Source: an uncultured Candidatus Saccharibacteria bacterium (lineage in GTDB: Bacteria > Patescibacteriota > Doudnabacteria > UBA920). Taken from it: a stretch of 64,000 nucleotides of DNA. The stretch spans positions 165,609 through 229,608 of the forward strand of contig CAYYWQ010000001.1 of assembly GCA_964474825.1 (NCBI GenBank), given 5' to 3'. Positions 9,217-18,874 of the stretch are shown here, piece after piece. The notes beneath the pieces are model-generated. The model made no database searches. It was not told where the DNA came from and saw only the letters and a program-made list of their open reading frames with translations. Position 1 is the first letter of the stretch, and each line of letters starts with the position of its first letter. The position numbers and the translations under genes are program-made.

Positions 9217-10533
9217 CTAGTAAATCAGCGCTATAATAGTGGCCACGCCTATTAAAATCATAAATACTGTAACTATCCAGCCTAAAGCCTTGGCAACGGG
9301 TTTATTTATATGGTTTTCGCCCATAACTTTTTTGCTGGAGCTAAGTATGACTATTAAAACTAAAATTATTGGGGCGACAATCCCGTTTAGGACCGCGGCA
9401 TAAATTAAGCTTTTTATAGGGTCCATACCCACAAAGTTCATTACGAGGCCAAAAATCATGGAAACAATAATTACTCCATAAAAAGCGTGGGCCTGTTTGA
9501 ATTTGCGGTAAAGGCCTTCTTTCCAGCCCAGGGCTTCGGAAATAGCGTAGGAAGCGCTACCTGCCAGTACGGGAACCGAAAGCAGGCCAATCCCTACAAT
9601 CCCTAAAGTAAAGAGCAGAAAGGCGCTGTCGCCGGCCAAAGGGCGCAGGGCTGAAGCTGCCTGCTCCGCGGTTTTAATGTCTGTCATCCCGTTTGCAAAA
9701 AGCGTTGCCGCGCAGGTGACAATAATAAAGAACATGACCATGTTGGAAAAAAACATTCCTGACCAAACGTCTACCCGCATTTTTTTTATTTCCGCCGGGC
9801 TGGTTAATGCTTGCCTGGATTTAAGCGTAACTTTTCCTTGTAAAATTTCTTCTTCCACTTCCTGTGAGGTTTGCCAAAAAAATAAATAAGGCGAAATGGT
9901 CGTCCCTAAAATTCCGCAAACCAAGAAAATTTCTTCCTTGGAAAAAGTCATGTGGGGCCAAACCGTATTCGTTAAAATTTGTCCCCAATCCAAACGAATA
10001 GTCAGGGCAGTTAAAACGTAAGAAAATAAAACTAAAGAAAGCCATTTTAAATATTTGGCGTAACGCGCGTAAGGCGTGGCAATTTGCATCCACAGGCTAA
10101 AGCCGGTAAAAATAAAAATCAGTAAAGCGAAGTTGGCATCCGGCGCCAACAGCTGCGTGGCTTTGGCCATGGCGCCAAGGTCCGCCCCAATGTTAAAGCT
10201 GTTGGCAATAAATAAAAGGCCGGCGCAGCCGTAAAGCACCCAGCGCGGAAAGTGGCGTTTAATATTCCCGGCAAGGCCGCGGCCTGTAACCATGCCAATG
10301 CGCGCGCACATTTCCTGCACAACCGCCATTAAAGGAAAGGTTAAAAGGGCCAGCCAAAGAAAGTTAAAACCATATTGCGCCCCGGTCTGTGAATAAGTGG
10401 CAATACCAGAAGGGTCGTCGTCTGCCGCTCCGGTGGTTAACCCAGGCCCTAGCATATGCCAATAATTGCTGGCCTTCTTAAGGTCTTTTTTTGCTTCCTT
10501 TAGCGAATTTTGTTCAATTTTTTTGAAATTCAC
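9217..10533 (-). CDS. NRAMP-family divalent metal transporter
   Basis: LGPGLTTGAADDDPSGIATYSQ and GTTISPYLFFWQ motifs; many TM segments. Confidence 0.9.
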   Translation of the reverse strand: MNFKKIEQNSLKEAKKDLKKASNYWHMLGPGLTTGAADDDPSGIATYSQTGAQYGFNFLWLALLTFPLMAVVQEMCARIGMVTGRGLAGNIKRHFPRWVLYGCAGLLFIANSFNIGADLGAMAKATQLLAPDANFALLIFIFTGFSLWMQIATPYARYAKYLKWLSLVLFSYVLTALTIRLDWGQILTNTVWPHMTFSKEEIFLVCGILGTTISPYLFFWQTSQEVEEEILQGKVTLKSRQALTSPAEIKKMRVDVWSGMFFSNMVMFFIIVTCAATLFANGMTDIKTAEQAASALRPLAGDSAFLLFTLGIVGIGLLSVPVLAGSASYAISEALGWKEGLYRKFKQAHAFYGVIIVSMIFGLVMNFVGMDPIKSLIYAAVLNGIVAPIILVLIVILSSSKKVMGENHINKPVAKALGWIVTVFMILIGVATIIALIY

Positions 10534-10688
10534 GGCTTTTGTTTCAAGGGGTTATGTTTGCTTAATTTTACCATATTTTAGTTTACCCGCCTAAACTTTT
10601 CTTTTACCTATTAAAAGGGAGTGCTATTTATCATTTTGTTAATAAATAGACATTTTTATATATTAGGAAAAAGTTTTGGTGGGTGTAT

Positions 10689-10717
10689 TTGACACACCGT
10701 TATGGGCTTGCTATCTT
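10689..10717 (+). promoter_or_regulatory. Putative sigma70 promoter of the pyr operon
   Basis: TTGACA-17 nt-TATCTT. Confidence 0.55.
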
Positions 10718-10732
10718 ATATAAGATAATCAA

Positions 10733-10806
10733 ATGAAATACCCTAAAAATCGCTACAACTTTATATCGTGAACCCCAACCGTTTTACGGTCTGGGGTTAT
10801 TTTTTT
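10733..10806 (+). promoter_or_regulatory. Putative leader peptide (MKYPKNRYNFIS*, 10733-10771) with attenuator hairpin
   Basis: 12-codon ORF abutting the hairpin AACCCCAACCG-TTTTA-CGGTCTGGGGTT and a T-run, upstream of pyrC. Confidence 0.45.
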
Positions 10807-10838
10807 ACCCACCTTATCAATAATTATTATAGCGGGCA

Positions 10839-10874
10839 ATCCGCCATAGTCAGCCCAGGCTGACGACGGCGGAT
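10839..10874. repeat. ATCCGCC...GGCGGAT palindromic element (family E)
   Basis: Same 7-bp inverted ends as 50449-50478. Confidence 0.5.
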
Positions 10875-10893
10875 GGGATAGATTTTTAGATAA

Positions 10894-12213
10894 ATGCTCA
10901 CCATTGAAGGAAATATAGTAAACATAGACGGAATAAATCGTGGCCGAATAGAAATAGGCGACAATGGTTTAATAACTTCGGTTGGCAAAGAAACAGGGAA
11001 TGCAGATGTTGTTTTAAAAGAAGAATTAATTTTTCCGGGGTTTATAGACGTTCATGTCCACGCGCGCGAATGTGTTGACCATAGCCAGGACTATAAAGAA
11101 GATTTTGCCACTGTTGGGGAGGCAGCCATAAACGGTGGCGTAGTGGCAATTGCCGATATGCCCAACAACCCTGTGGCGCCGGTAGATGAAAAAAGTTATG
11201 AGGAAAAATATCAGCTTACGAAAAAATGTCCGGTAGATGTTTTGTTATATGCTGGTATTGGTCCTAAAACCAATCCGTTTTCTGTGTCATTCCGAGCGAG
11301 TGCATCCGAGTCGAGGAATCCCTTAAATTTTGTTCATACTGATGACAAGGGATCCCTCCGCTCACCCTCAGATGCATTCGGGTTCGGTCGGGATGACAAG
11401 CGTCCAGTTCCTTACAAAGCTTTTATGGGAAAATCGGTGGGGGATTTGTTCTTTGAATCTTTCCAGCAGCTAGAAGAGGTTTTGGAAAAATACAGCGGCC
11501 AAAGCGTTAGTTTTCACTGCGAAGACCCTAAAGTGTTGGCGGAAAACCAAAATCAATCTTCACATGAAAAGCAACGTCCGCCACAGGCCGAAGTTTCAGC
11601 TGTGGATTTTGCGCTAAGAATGATTGAGAAATATAATTTGCAAGGAAAAATTTGCCATTGTTCAACTATGGAAGGGGTACAAAAAGTTATTGCGGCAAAA
11701 AAGCGCGGCCTACCAGTAACAGTAGAAGTTACGCCGCATCATTTGTACTTTAATGCAGAAGCCAAACTTCAAATGAATCCTCCACTGCGTAAGCAAGATG
11801 ATTGCTTAGCTTTGATTGAGGCTTTGAAAAAAGGGGAAATAGATTATTTAGCCACAGACCACGCGCCGCATACTATAGAAGAAAGAAATATAGGAATTTC
11901 AGGACTGCCGCATTTAGATACATATGGCCCGTTTGTGACATGGCTTATGACAGAACATAATTTTACTGCCCAAGATATTGCCAGGGTTTGTTCCCAAAAT
12001 CCCGGACAATTTCTAAATAAATTTATAAATGTAAAGTATGGTAAAGTAGAGGAAGGTTACGCAGGCAGCTTAACAGTAATAGACATGAAAAAGCCGGTTA
12101 AAATAGAAACCGCGATGCTAAAAACAAAGTGCGGTTGGTCGCCGTTTGAAGGAATTACGTTTCCGGGTAGTGTCGTAAAAACAATTATTAAAGGCAAGGT
12201 TTATGAACGGTAA
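10894..12213 (+). CDS. pyrC: Dihydroorotase with an in-frame repeat-derived insertion
   Basis: PGFIDVHVHAR, DMPNN, EVTPHHL, MNPPLR and ATDHAPH motifs; operon with carAB and pyrB. Confidence 0.9.
   Translation: MLTIEGNIVNIDGINRGRIEIGDNGLITSVGKETGNADVVLKEELIFPGFIDVHVHARECVDHSQDYKEDFATVGEAAINGGVVAIADMPNNPVAPVDEKSYEEKYQLTKKCPVDVLLYAGIGPKTNPFSVSFRASASESRNPLNFVHTDDKGSLRSPSDAFGFGRDDKRPVPYKAFMGKSVGDLFFESFQQLEEVLEKYSGQSVSFHCEDPKVLAENQNQSSHEKQRPPQAEVSAVDFALRMIEKYNLQGKICHCSTMEGVQKVIAAKKRGLPVTVEVTPHHLYFNAEAKLQMNPPLRKQDDCLALIEALKKGEIDYLATDHAPHTIEERNIGISGLPHLDTYGPFVTWLMTEHNFTAQDIARVCSQNPGQFLNKFINVKYGKVEEGYAGSLTVIDMKKPVKIETAMLKTKCGWSPFEGITFPGSVVKTIIKGKVYER
11285..11398. repeat. TGTCATTCCGAGCGA...GGGATGACA palindromic element (family D) inside pyrC
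   Basis: 114 nt (38 codons); homologous to intergenic copies at 20515-20625 and 16476-16520. Confidence 0.9.
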
Positions 12214-13237
12214 ATTAGTATTAAAAGACGGTAGCGTTTACGAAGGAGCTTCTTTTGGTGCGGACAATTCTGCCTCCGGCGAGGTGGTTTTTGCCACAGG
12301 CATGGTTGGTTACCCCGAAGGCATAACAGACCCAAGTTTCCGTGGGCAAATTTTAGTAATGACCTATCCGCTTATTGGCAATTATGGCGTGCCTGACAAA
12401 AAGTTTTGGGAGTCTAGTAAAATGCAAATTAGCGGCCTTATTGTCTGTAATTATATAGACACGCCTTCGCACCATTCTTCTAGGCAAACATTGTCGCAAT
12501 GGTTAAAAAAGAGCGGTGTGCCGGCTTTGGAAATTAAAGATACTAGGGGGCTTACGCAGAAATTGCGGACGCATGGGGTAATGCTTGGTAAGGTGGCTTT
12601 TGGAAAAGATGATGGGGATTTTCAGGATCCAAATTTAAGAAATCTGGTGGCAGAAGTTTCCTGCAAAAAACCTTACACAATCGGTTCTGGAAAAAAATCA
12701 GTTGTGCTAATAGATTGCGGCGCTAAACTAAACATTGCCCGCAGTTTAGCAAAACGCGGACTTAAAGTAATTGTTGTGCCTTGGAATACCGACGTTACTA
12801 AGCTTAAGCAGAAAATTTCAGGCGTAGTTATTTCTAACGGTCCTGGCGACCCAACAATGGCGGATGCTACGATTGCTAATGTAAAAAAGATTTTGGCAAA
12901 GAAAATTCCGACTTTTGGTATTTGTTTAGGTAATCAAATTTTGGCTTTAGCTTCTGGCGGCACAACCTACAAATTAAAATTTGGGCATAGGGGACAAAAC
13001 CAACCCGCGGTTTTAGCCGGCACAAAAAAAGCAATTCTGACAACCCAGAACCACGGTTTTGCCGTAGGTAAAATCCCCAAAGGTTTTAAACAATGGTTTT
13101 ATAACGCTAACGACAAGACCAACGAAGGTATAATCCATAAAACTTTGCCTTTTATGTCCGTGCAGTTCCACCCAGAAGCCACGCCGGGACCAACGGACGC
13201 TGACTGGCTGTTTGATTATTTCTTAGAAAAAATATGA
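12203..13237 (+). CDS. carA: Carbamoyl-phosphate synthase small subunit
   Basis: GEVVFATGMVGY, SNGPGDP, GICLGNQ, QNHGF and QFHPE motifs. Confidence 0.97.
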   Translation: MNGKLVLKDGSVYEGASFGADNSASGEVVFATGMVGYPEGITDPSFRGQILVMTYPLIGNYGVPDKKFWESSKMQISGLIVCNYIDTPSHHSSRQTLSQWLKKSGVPALEIKDTRGLTQKLRTHGVMLGKVAFGKDDGDFQDPNLRNLVAEVSCKKPYTIGSGKKSVVLIDCGAKLNIARSLAKRGLKVIVVPWNTDVTKLKQKISGVVISNGPGDPTMADATIANVKKILAKKIPTFGICLGNQILALASGGTTYKLKFGHRGQNQPAVLAGTKKAILTTQNHGFAVGKIPKGFKQWFYNANDKTNEGIIHKTLPFMSVQFHPEATPGPTDADWLFDYFLEKI

Positions 13238-16200
13238 AAAAATTTAAGAAAATTTTAATACTAGGAAGCGGCGCGCTTAAAATTGGCGAGGCCGGGGAGT
13301 TTGATTATAGCGGCTCGCAAGCTATTAAAGCTTTAAAGGAAGAAGGAATAAAGTCGGTTTTAATAAACCCGAACATAGCGACCATTCAGACTTCCAAACT
13401 GCTTGCTGACGAAGTTTATTTTTTGCCGGTTAACCATTACTTTGTGGAAAAGGTTATTGCTAAAGAAAAGCCGGACGGTATAATGCTTTCTTTTGGCGGG
13501 CAGACTGCGCTTAACTGTGGTTTGGCTTTGCAAAAAAGCGGCACGCTAAAAAAATACGGGGTAAAAGTTTTGGGCAGCCCGGTTAAAAGCATTGAACTTA
13601 CGGAAGACAGGCAATTGTTTGCCGACCATTTGCGCGCCTTAAATATTCCTGTGCCGCCAAGCGGCACGGCAGAAACCTATGACCAGGCTTTAAAAATTGT
13701 TAAAAAAATTAGTTTTCCAGTAATGGTACGCGCGGCTTATGCCTTGGGTGGGCAAAAGAGTGGCGTTGCCCGAAACCTCCGTGAATTAAAAGAAATTGTG
13801 GAAGGCGCTCTGGCTATATCTTCCCAAGTCTTAATAGAAAAATATTTACACCATTTTAAAGAATTAGAATACGAAGTCGTGCGCGATCAATTTGATAATA
13901 CTGTTACGGTTTGTAACATGGAAAATTTGGATCCGCTGGGAATCCATACCGGTGACAGCATTGTTGTGGCGCCAAGTCAGACTTTAACTAACACGGAATA
14001 TCATGGCCTTAGGGAGGCTAGTATTAAAATTGTAAAATCTTTAGGAATAGTAGGCGAGTGTAATGTGCAGTACGCGCTTAATCCAAAACCCAAAAGAGGG
14101 GAAATGGATTACTATGTTATTGAAGTCAATGCTCGTTTGTCCCGTTCATCTGCCTTGGCTTCTAAAGCAACTGGATATCCCCTTGCCTATGTTGCGGCAA
14201 AATTAGCCCTCGGTAAAAGTCTTTTAGAAGTTAAAAATAAAATTACCCAGGTTACCCAAAGCTTTTTTGAACCGGCGCTGGATTATTGCGTAGTCAAAAT
14301 CCCCCGCTGGGACTTGGAAAAATTCAAAGGGGCGGAAGAAAAAATTGGCTCGGCTATGAAATCCGTAGGCGAAGTTATGGCCATTGGCCGGAGTTTTGAA
14401 GAAGCCCTTCAAAAAGCTGTGCGCATGCAAAGCGGTCAAACCGAAAGCGTGACTGACAACGGCTTTAAAGACAAAACTGAGTTGGATCATTTTTTGTCTG
14501 TTCCGACTCCCAAACGTTTGTTTGCTGTTGCCCAAAGCTTAATGCACGGTATGACTGTTGCAAAAGTTCATAGTAAGACAGGCATTGACCCGTGGTTTTT
14601 ATACCGTTTGCAAAATATTGCAAACGCTCAAAAAGGATTATCTAAAAGTTCTGATTTAGATAAGCTGACACTCACACAATTAAAACAATTAGGTTTTTCG
14701 GACAAAAAAATTGCCCAGGTTTGCGGCAAGAAAGAATTAGATATTCGTGAGCTGCGCAAGAAGTTCAATATCCGCCCCTCAGTATTTCAAATAGATACTT
14801 TAGCAGGCGAAGTCCCGGCCAAAACTAATTATTTGTATTTAACATATCATGGTAATCATGACGACGTAGAGTCATTAGGAAAAAATGCAGTGCTGGTTTT
14901 AGGCAGCGGCCCATACCATATTGGCAGCAGCGTTGAATTTGATTGGTCTTGCGTGCACGCGGCTATGGCACTTAAGCGCCACAAAAAACAATCTATCATA
15001 ATTAATTGTAACCCGGAAACAGTGTCAACCGATTACGACATGTCTGACAGGTTGTATTTTGAAAATTTGTCATTTGAAACCGTTGCTGACATTTACGAAT
15101 TTGAGCATCCGGAAGGGGTTGTTATTTCCGTGGGCGGACAGAGGCCAAATAATTTGGCGGGCAAGCTTTCCAAGGCAGGTTTTAAAATTTTAGGAACGTC
15201 CGCGGCCAACATTGACCGCGCAGAAGACCGGAACAAGTTTTCTGCTTTGTTAGATAAATTAAATATTCTACAGGCCGAATGGCAAAGCTTTTCTACAATT
15301 TCCGATGCAGAGAAATTCGCGGACAAAGTTGGTTTTCCTGTGTTAGTGCGTCCTTCTTACGTTTTGTCCGGCAGTGCCATGAGTGTTTGCTACAACAAAC
15401 AGCAATTGGAAGACTTTGTCAGTAAGGCTGCCATACTTAGTCCCGAATATCCGGTAACAATTTCCAAATATATAGAGAACGCCAAAGAACTGGAATTTGA
15501 CGCTGTGGCCCAAAACGGCCAGGTGGTAATTTACGCCATAAGCGAGCACGTGGAAAACGCCGGCGTGCATAGCGGCGACGCGACTATTGTTTATCCCACC
15601 CAGCGCGTTTACGCTTCCACAGAACAGCAGTTAAAAATAATTGCCAAACAACTGGCTAAAGAACTTAAAGTTACAGGGCCATTTAACATCCAATTTTTGG
15701 TAAAAGACAACCGCCCATATGTAATTGAAGTTAATTTGCGCGCCAGCAGGACTTTCCCGCTTTTAAGTAAAGCCTTGGACAAGAACTTTCCGGAACTTGC
15801 GGTAGACAGTTTTTTTGGCAAAGCACCAACAGACGTTTACGAACGCCCGGCCGCTGTGGTTGTAAAGTCCCCGCAATTTTCTTTTGCCCGCCTTTCCGGA
15901 GCAGACCCCGTCCTTCGGGTAGAAATGGCCTCTACAGGAGAAGTGGCGTGTTTTGGAAAGACTTATGACGAAGCTTTGCTTAAATCTATTATGTCTGCCA
16001 ATAGCTTTGATTTTAATAAAAAGGCTGTGCTGCTGTCTTTAGGTGGAGAATTAAATAAGGCTAAGTTTTTGGAACAGGCAGGGGATTTATTTACCTTAGG
16101 CTATAAAATTTTCGCCACAGACACTACCGCAGAGTACTTAAAAAAGCAGGGGATGGAATGTCATACAGTCAGGAAAGCGCACGAAAAGTCCCAGGGCCAT

Positions 16201-16452
16201 GACAATTTTTTGGATATTGTTGAAGGCAAGCAGGTGGCCTTTGTGGTAAACTTAAGCCAACCAAGCAGCCGGCTTAGGGATGAGCGCGTTAAGCGGCAAT
16301 TAAGCGACGGCTTCCGCATACGCCGCGCCACTGTAGACAACCAAATTCCTTTGTTTACAGACCTGCACTTAGCCAGAGCTTTTGTAAAAGCCTTAAAGAA
16401 CTACGAAATGGGGGACTTAGAAATAAAAAGCTACAAACAATATTTAAAATGA
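13234..16452 (+). CDS. carB: Carbamoyl-phosphate synthase large subunit
   Basis: GEFDYSGSQA, HTGDSIVVAP, NPETVSTDYD and HVENAGVHSGDA motifs; C-terminal MGS-like domain. Confidence 0.97.
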   Translation: MKKFKKILILGSGALKIGEAGEFDYSGSQAIKALKEEGIKSVLINPNIATIQTSKLLADEVYFLPVNHYFVEKVIAKEKPDGIMLSFGGQTALNCGLALQKSGTLKKYGVKVLGSPVKSIELTEDRQLFADHLRALNIPVPPSGTAETYDQALKIVKKISFPVMVRAAYALGGQKSGVARNLRELKEIVEGALAISSQVLIEKYLHHFKELEYEVVRDQFDNTVTVCNMENLDPLGIHTGDSIVVAPSQTLTNTEYHGLREASIKIVKSLGIVGECNVQYALNPKPKRGEMDYYVIEVNARLSRSSALASKATGYPLAYVAAKLALGKSLLEVKNKITQVTQSFFEPALDYCVVKIPRWDLEKFKGAEEKIGSAMKSVGEVMAIGRSFEEALQKAVRMQSGQTESVTDNGFKDKTELDHFLSVPTPKRLFAVAQSLMHGMTVAKVHSKTGIDPWFLYRLQNIANAQKGLSKSSDLDKLTLTQLKQLGFSDKKIAQVCGKKELDIRELRKKFNIRPSVFQIDTLAGEVPAKTNYLYLTYHGNHDDVESLGKNAVLVLGSGPYHIGSSVEFDWSCVHAAMALKRHKKQSIIINCNPETVSTDYDMSDRLYFENLSFETVADIYEFEHPEGVVISVGGQRPNNLAGKLSKAGFKILGTSAANIDRAEDRNKFSALLDKLNILQAEWQSFSTISDAEKFADKVGFPVLVRPSYVLSGSAMSVCYNKQQLEDFVSKAAILSPEYPVTISKYIENAKELEFDAVAQNGQVVIYAISEHVENAGVHSGDATIVYPTQRVYASTEQQLKIIAKQLAKELKVTGPFNIQFLVKDNRPYVIEVNLRASRTFPLLSKALDKNFPELAVDSFFGKAPTDVYERPAAVVVKSPQFSFARLSGADPVLRVEMASTGEVACFGKTYDEALLKSIMSANSFDFNKKAVLLSLGGELNKAKFLEQAGDLFTLGYKIFATDTTAEYLKKQGMECHTVRKAHEKSQGHDNFLDIVEGKQVAFVVNLSQPSSRLRDERVKRQLSDGFRIRRATVDNQIPLFTDLHLARAFVKALKNYEMGDLEIKSYKQYLK

Positions 16453-16475
16453 CAAACATTAATTTATAATTTAGT

Positions 16476-16520
16476 TGTCATCCCGACCGACGAGTGCATC
16501 CGAGGAGCGGAGGGATCCCT
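16476..16520. repeat. Half copy of family D element
   Basis: TGTCATCCCGACCGA...GAGCGGAGGGATCCC resembles the reverse complement of the right arm of 11285-11398. Confidence 0.8.
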
Positions 16521-16529
16521 TAAACTTAT

Positions 16530-17435
16530 ATGAAAAATTTAATTAGCGTAAGCCAGTTAAAAAAAGCCGATGTCCAAAGAATATTGGCTTTGGCGGAAAA
16601 AATAGAGAAATCAAAAAAACAGAACAAAGTCAGAGAAAGTTTAAAGAATAAAGTTGTTGCCTGTTTGTTTTTTGAACCCAGCACCCGGACAAGGCTTTCC
16701 TTTGAAACTGCGGCTTTACGTTTGGGCGCCAGGGTTGTCAGTATGGAAAACGGCAGCGAATCTTCGTCGGCTTTTAAAGGGGAATCTATAACAGACACCA
16801 TTAAAATAGTTAATGGCTACGCGGATTTTATTGTTATGAGGCACCCAAAAGACGGCTCCGCGGAAATTGCGGCCAAAGCCGCTAAAGTGCCATTTATAAA
16901 TGCAGGAGACGGCGGTAATCAGCATCCTACCCAGGCGCTTTTGGACGCCTATACTATTTGGAAAAAGTTCAAAAGACTTTCCAATTTACGTTTAGCTTTT
17001 GGGTTTGACCCTAAGCATTCCCGGACAATTAAATCACTTTGCCAAATTCTTTCGCTTTACGACAATAACAGTTTTACTTTTATTTGCCCAAAACAGCTGG
17101 ACCCGCCCAAGGAATTTTTGGACAAATTAAAAAAAAGCGGCGTTCAATACAAAATTGAACGCGACCTGGAAAAAGTTTTAGACAGTGATATTTTGTATTT
17201 AAACCGTTTGCAGGGCGAGCGTTTTGCCAGTAAAAAAGAGTTTGAGCAGCTAAGGCATAAATACACCTTAAGGGCCGCTATGCTCAAAGGCAAAAAATCT
17301 TTAATAATGAACCCCTTGCCTCGAATAGACGAAATGGAAGAAAAGGTTGACGACCTGCCCAACGCAATTTATTTTGAACAGGCCCATAACGGGCTTTACG
17401 TTCGCATGGCCTTGCTTCAAATGTTGTCTGAGTAA
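16530..17435 (+). CDS. pyrB: Aspartate carbamoyltransferase catalytic subunit
   Basis: FFEPSTRTRLSFE, NAGDG..QHPTQALLD, RLQGER and PLPR motifs. Confidence 0.96.
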   Translation: MKNLISVSQLKKADVQRILALAEKIEKSKKQNKVRESLKNKVVACLFFEPSTRTRLSFETAALRLGARVVSMENGSESSSAFKGESITDTIKIVNGYADFIVMRHPKDGSAEIAAKAAKVPFINAGDGGNQHPTQALLDAYTIWKKFKRLSNLRLAFGFDPKHSRTIKSLCQILSLYDNNSFTFICPKQLDPPKEFLDKLKKSGVQYKIERDLEKVLDSDILYLNRLQGERFASKKEFEQLRHKYTLRAAMLKGKKSLIMNPLPRIDEMEEKVDDLPNAIYFEQAHNGLYVRMALLQMLSE

Positions 17436-17444
17436 GATGTTTAC

Positions 17445-18158
17445 TTAATTAATGTCACTGTAAACAGTGACATTTTTTATTTCGTGCCAGGCCGCGGCCG
17501 GCAGTTTAGCGAAAGATGTTTTGTTAACCAAAACAGCATCTAACTTTTCTTTTTTCTCCGGGCCGCAGACAAAACCAATGCCTTCGTCTATCAGCTTAAA
17601 AAAAGTTACAGTTGTTGTTATTCTTTGCGGATATTGGTTTTTTCCTGTAGCCTCGTAGGCAACTGTCCAGGCTTCGGACTCAAATAAATCGGCAAACTTT
17701 TTTTCATCATCAGTATATGGGAATATGCCGGCAGTGTGTCCGTCGGCGCCCATTCCTAGTGTTGCAATTATTATCCCATCAGTATTATCTTCCCGCCATT
17801 TTTTTAAGCGCCCTTCCCAACGCTCTCTAACAGTTTCAATTGTATCTTCTGGCCTGGGCAAGGTGCCAATAAAAGCGCATTCCATTTCCAGGGCGTCTTT
17901 GTAAAAGTCAGTTTTTTGGAATTGGGAAAAATTATTCACTTTGGCGTCTTGGCTGAAACGGTCGTCCAGCATGCCAACGGTTAAATGTTCACTTAAACTG
18001 GTTTTGCCCGCGTACTCCAAAATAGGCAAAGCTGAGCCTGAGGAAAGCAGAAGTAAAACTGGCCGGTCTTTGTTTGAAGCCAGTAGCTTGTTTAGTGCCT
18101 CGCCGGCAGCTGCTGCCACGGCTTCTATATTTGGTTCTTTAATGACCTGAAAACTCAT
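17445..18158 (-). CDS. 6-phosphogluconolactonase-like protein (NagB/PGL family)
   Basis: LSSGSA, DDR, LGMGADGHTAGIFP and RITTT motifs. Confidence 0.8.
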   Translation of the reverse strand: MSFQVIKEPNIEAVAAAAGEALNKLLASNKDRPVLLLLSSGSALPILEYAGKTSLSEHLTVGMLDDRFSQDAKVNNFSQFQKTDFYKDALEMECAFIGTLPRPEDTIETVRERWEGRLKKWREDNTDGIIIATLGMGADGHTAGIFPYTDDEKKFADLFESEAWTVAYEATGKNQYPQRITTTVTFFKLIDEGIGFVCGPEKKEKLDAVLVNKTSFAKLPAAAWHEIKNVTVYSDIN

Positions 18159-18163
18159 TTATT

Positions 18164-18841
18164 TTAAGATTTTATTGCAAATGGATTAAAGTCAGTCTTG
18201 CTGTCGTAATAGTCCTCGCTCTCAGCGCGTTTTAAAAAGTTTATAACAGCGTAAGTTAAAGGCGTGGCCGCTATTTCAAACAAGACTTTAAAAACATAAA
18301 TTGTTCCAACTAAGTTTAGTAGAGCGTCAAAAGGCATTGTACCGTAAAAGGCAATAAGCGAAAAAGTAATCGAATCTATACCTTCGCCAGCAATTGTTGA
18401 GCCAATGGTTCGCATCCACAAATCTTTTCCGCCGCTCCAAATTTTCATTTTTGCCAAAACAAAAGAGTTTAAAAATTCACCGGCCCAATAGGCGCAAATG
18501 CTGGCAAAAATAATCCGTGGCACAAACCCAATAATTTGCTCATAAGCGGCCTGGCCGGTCCAATCGGGTGCCGCAGGCAAATACTGTACAACCGCGAAAG
18601 TCGCGCCTGTTAAGACTAAAGCCCCAAAGCCTACCCAAATTGCGCGCCTGGCTCTTTTGTAGCCATAAACTTCCGTTAAAATGTCCCCAAAAATATAGGC
18701 AAGGGGAAACAGCACTGTGCCGCCGTCAAAATTAAAACCCCAGACTTGTGAAATTTTTGCCGAAGCAACATTGGAAATAATTAGCACTGCTACGAAAAAA
18801 GCAAGAATAATGTCAAAGTACCTATAGGTTTTTTGGTCCAT
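18164..18841 (-). CDS. Queuosine precursor transporter (YhhQ/VUT family)
   Basis: SNVASAK, FPLAYIFGDILTEVYG and RTIGST motifs. Confidence 0.9.
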   Translation of the reverse strand: MDQKTYRYFDIILAFFVAVLIISNVASAKISQVWGFNFDGGTVLFPLAYIFGDILTEVYGYKRARRAIWVGFGALVLTGATFAVVQYLPAAPDWTGQAAYEQIIGFVPRIIFASICAYWAGEFLNSFVLAKMKIWSGGKDLWMRTIGSTIAGEGIDSITFSLIAFYGTMPFDALLNLVGTIYVFKVLFEIAATPLTYAVINFLKRAESEDYYDSKTDFNPFAIKS

Positions 18842-18874
18842 ATTTATTAGCCGTCGTGCGACTTAATTTATTAA

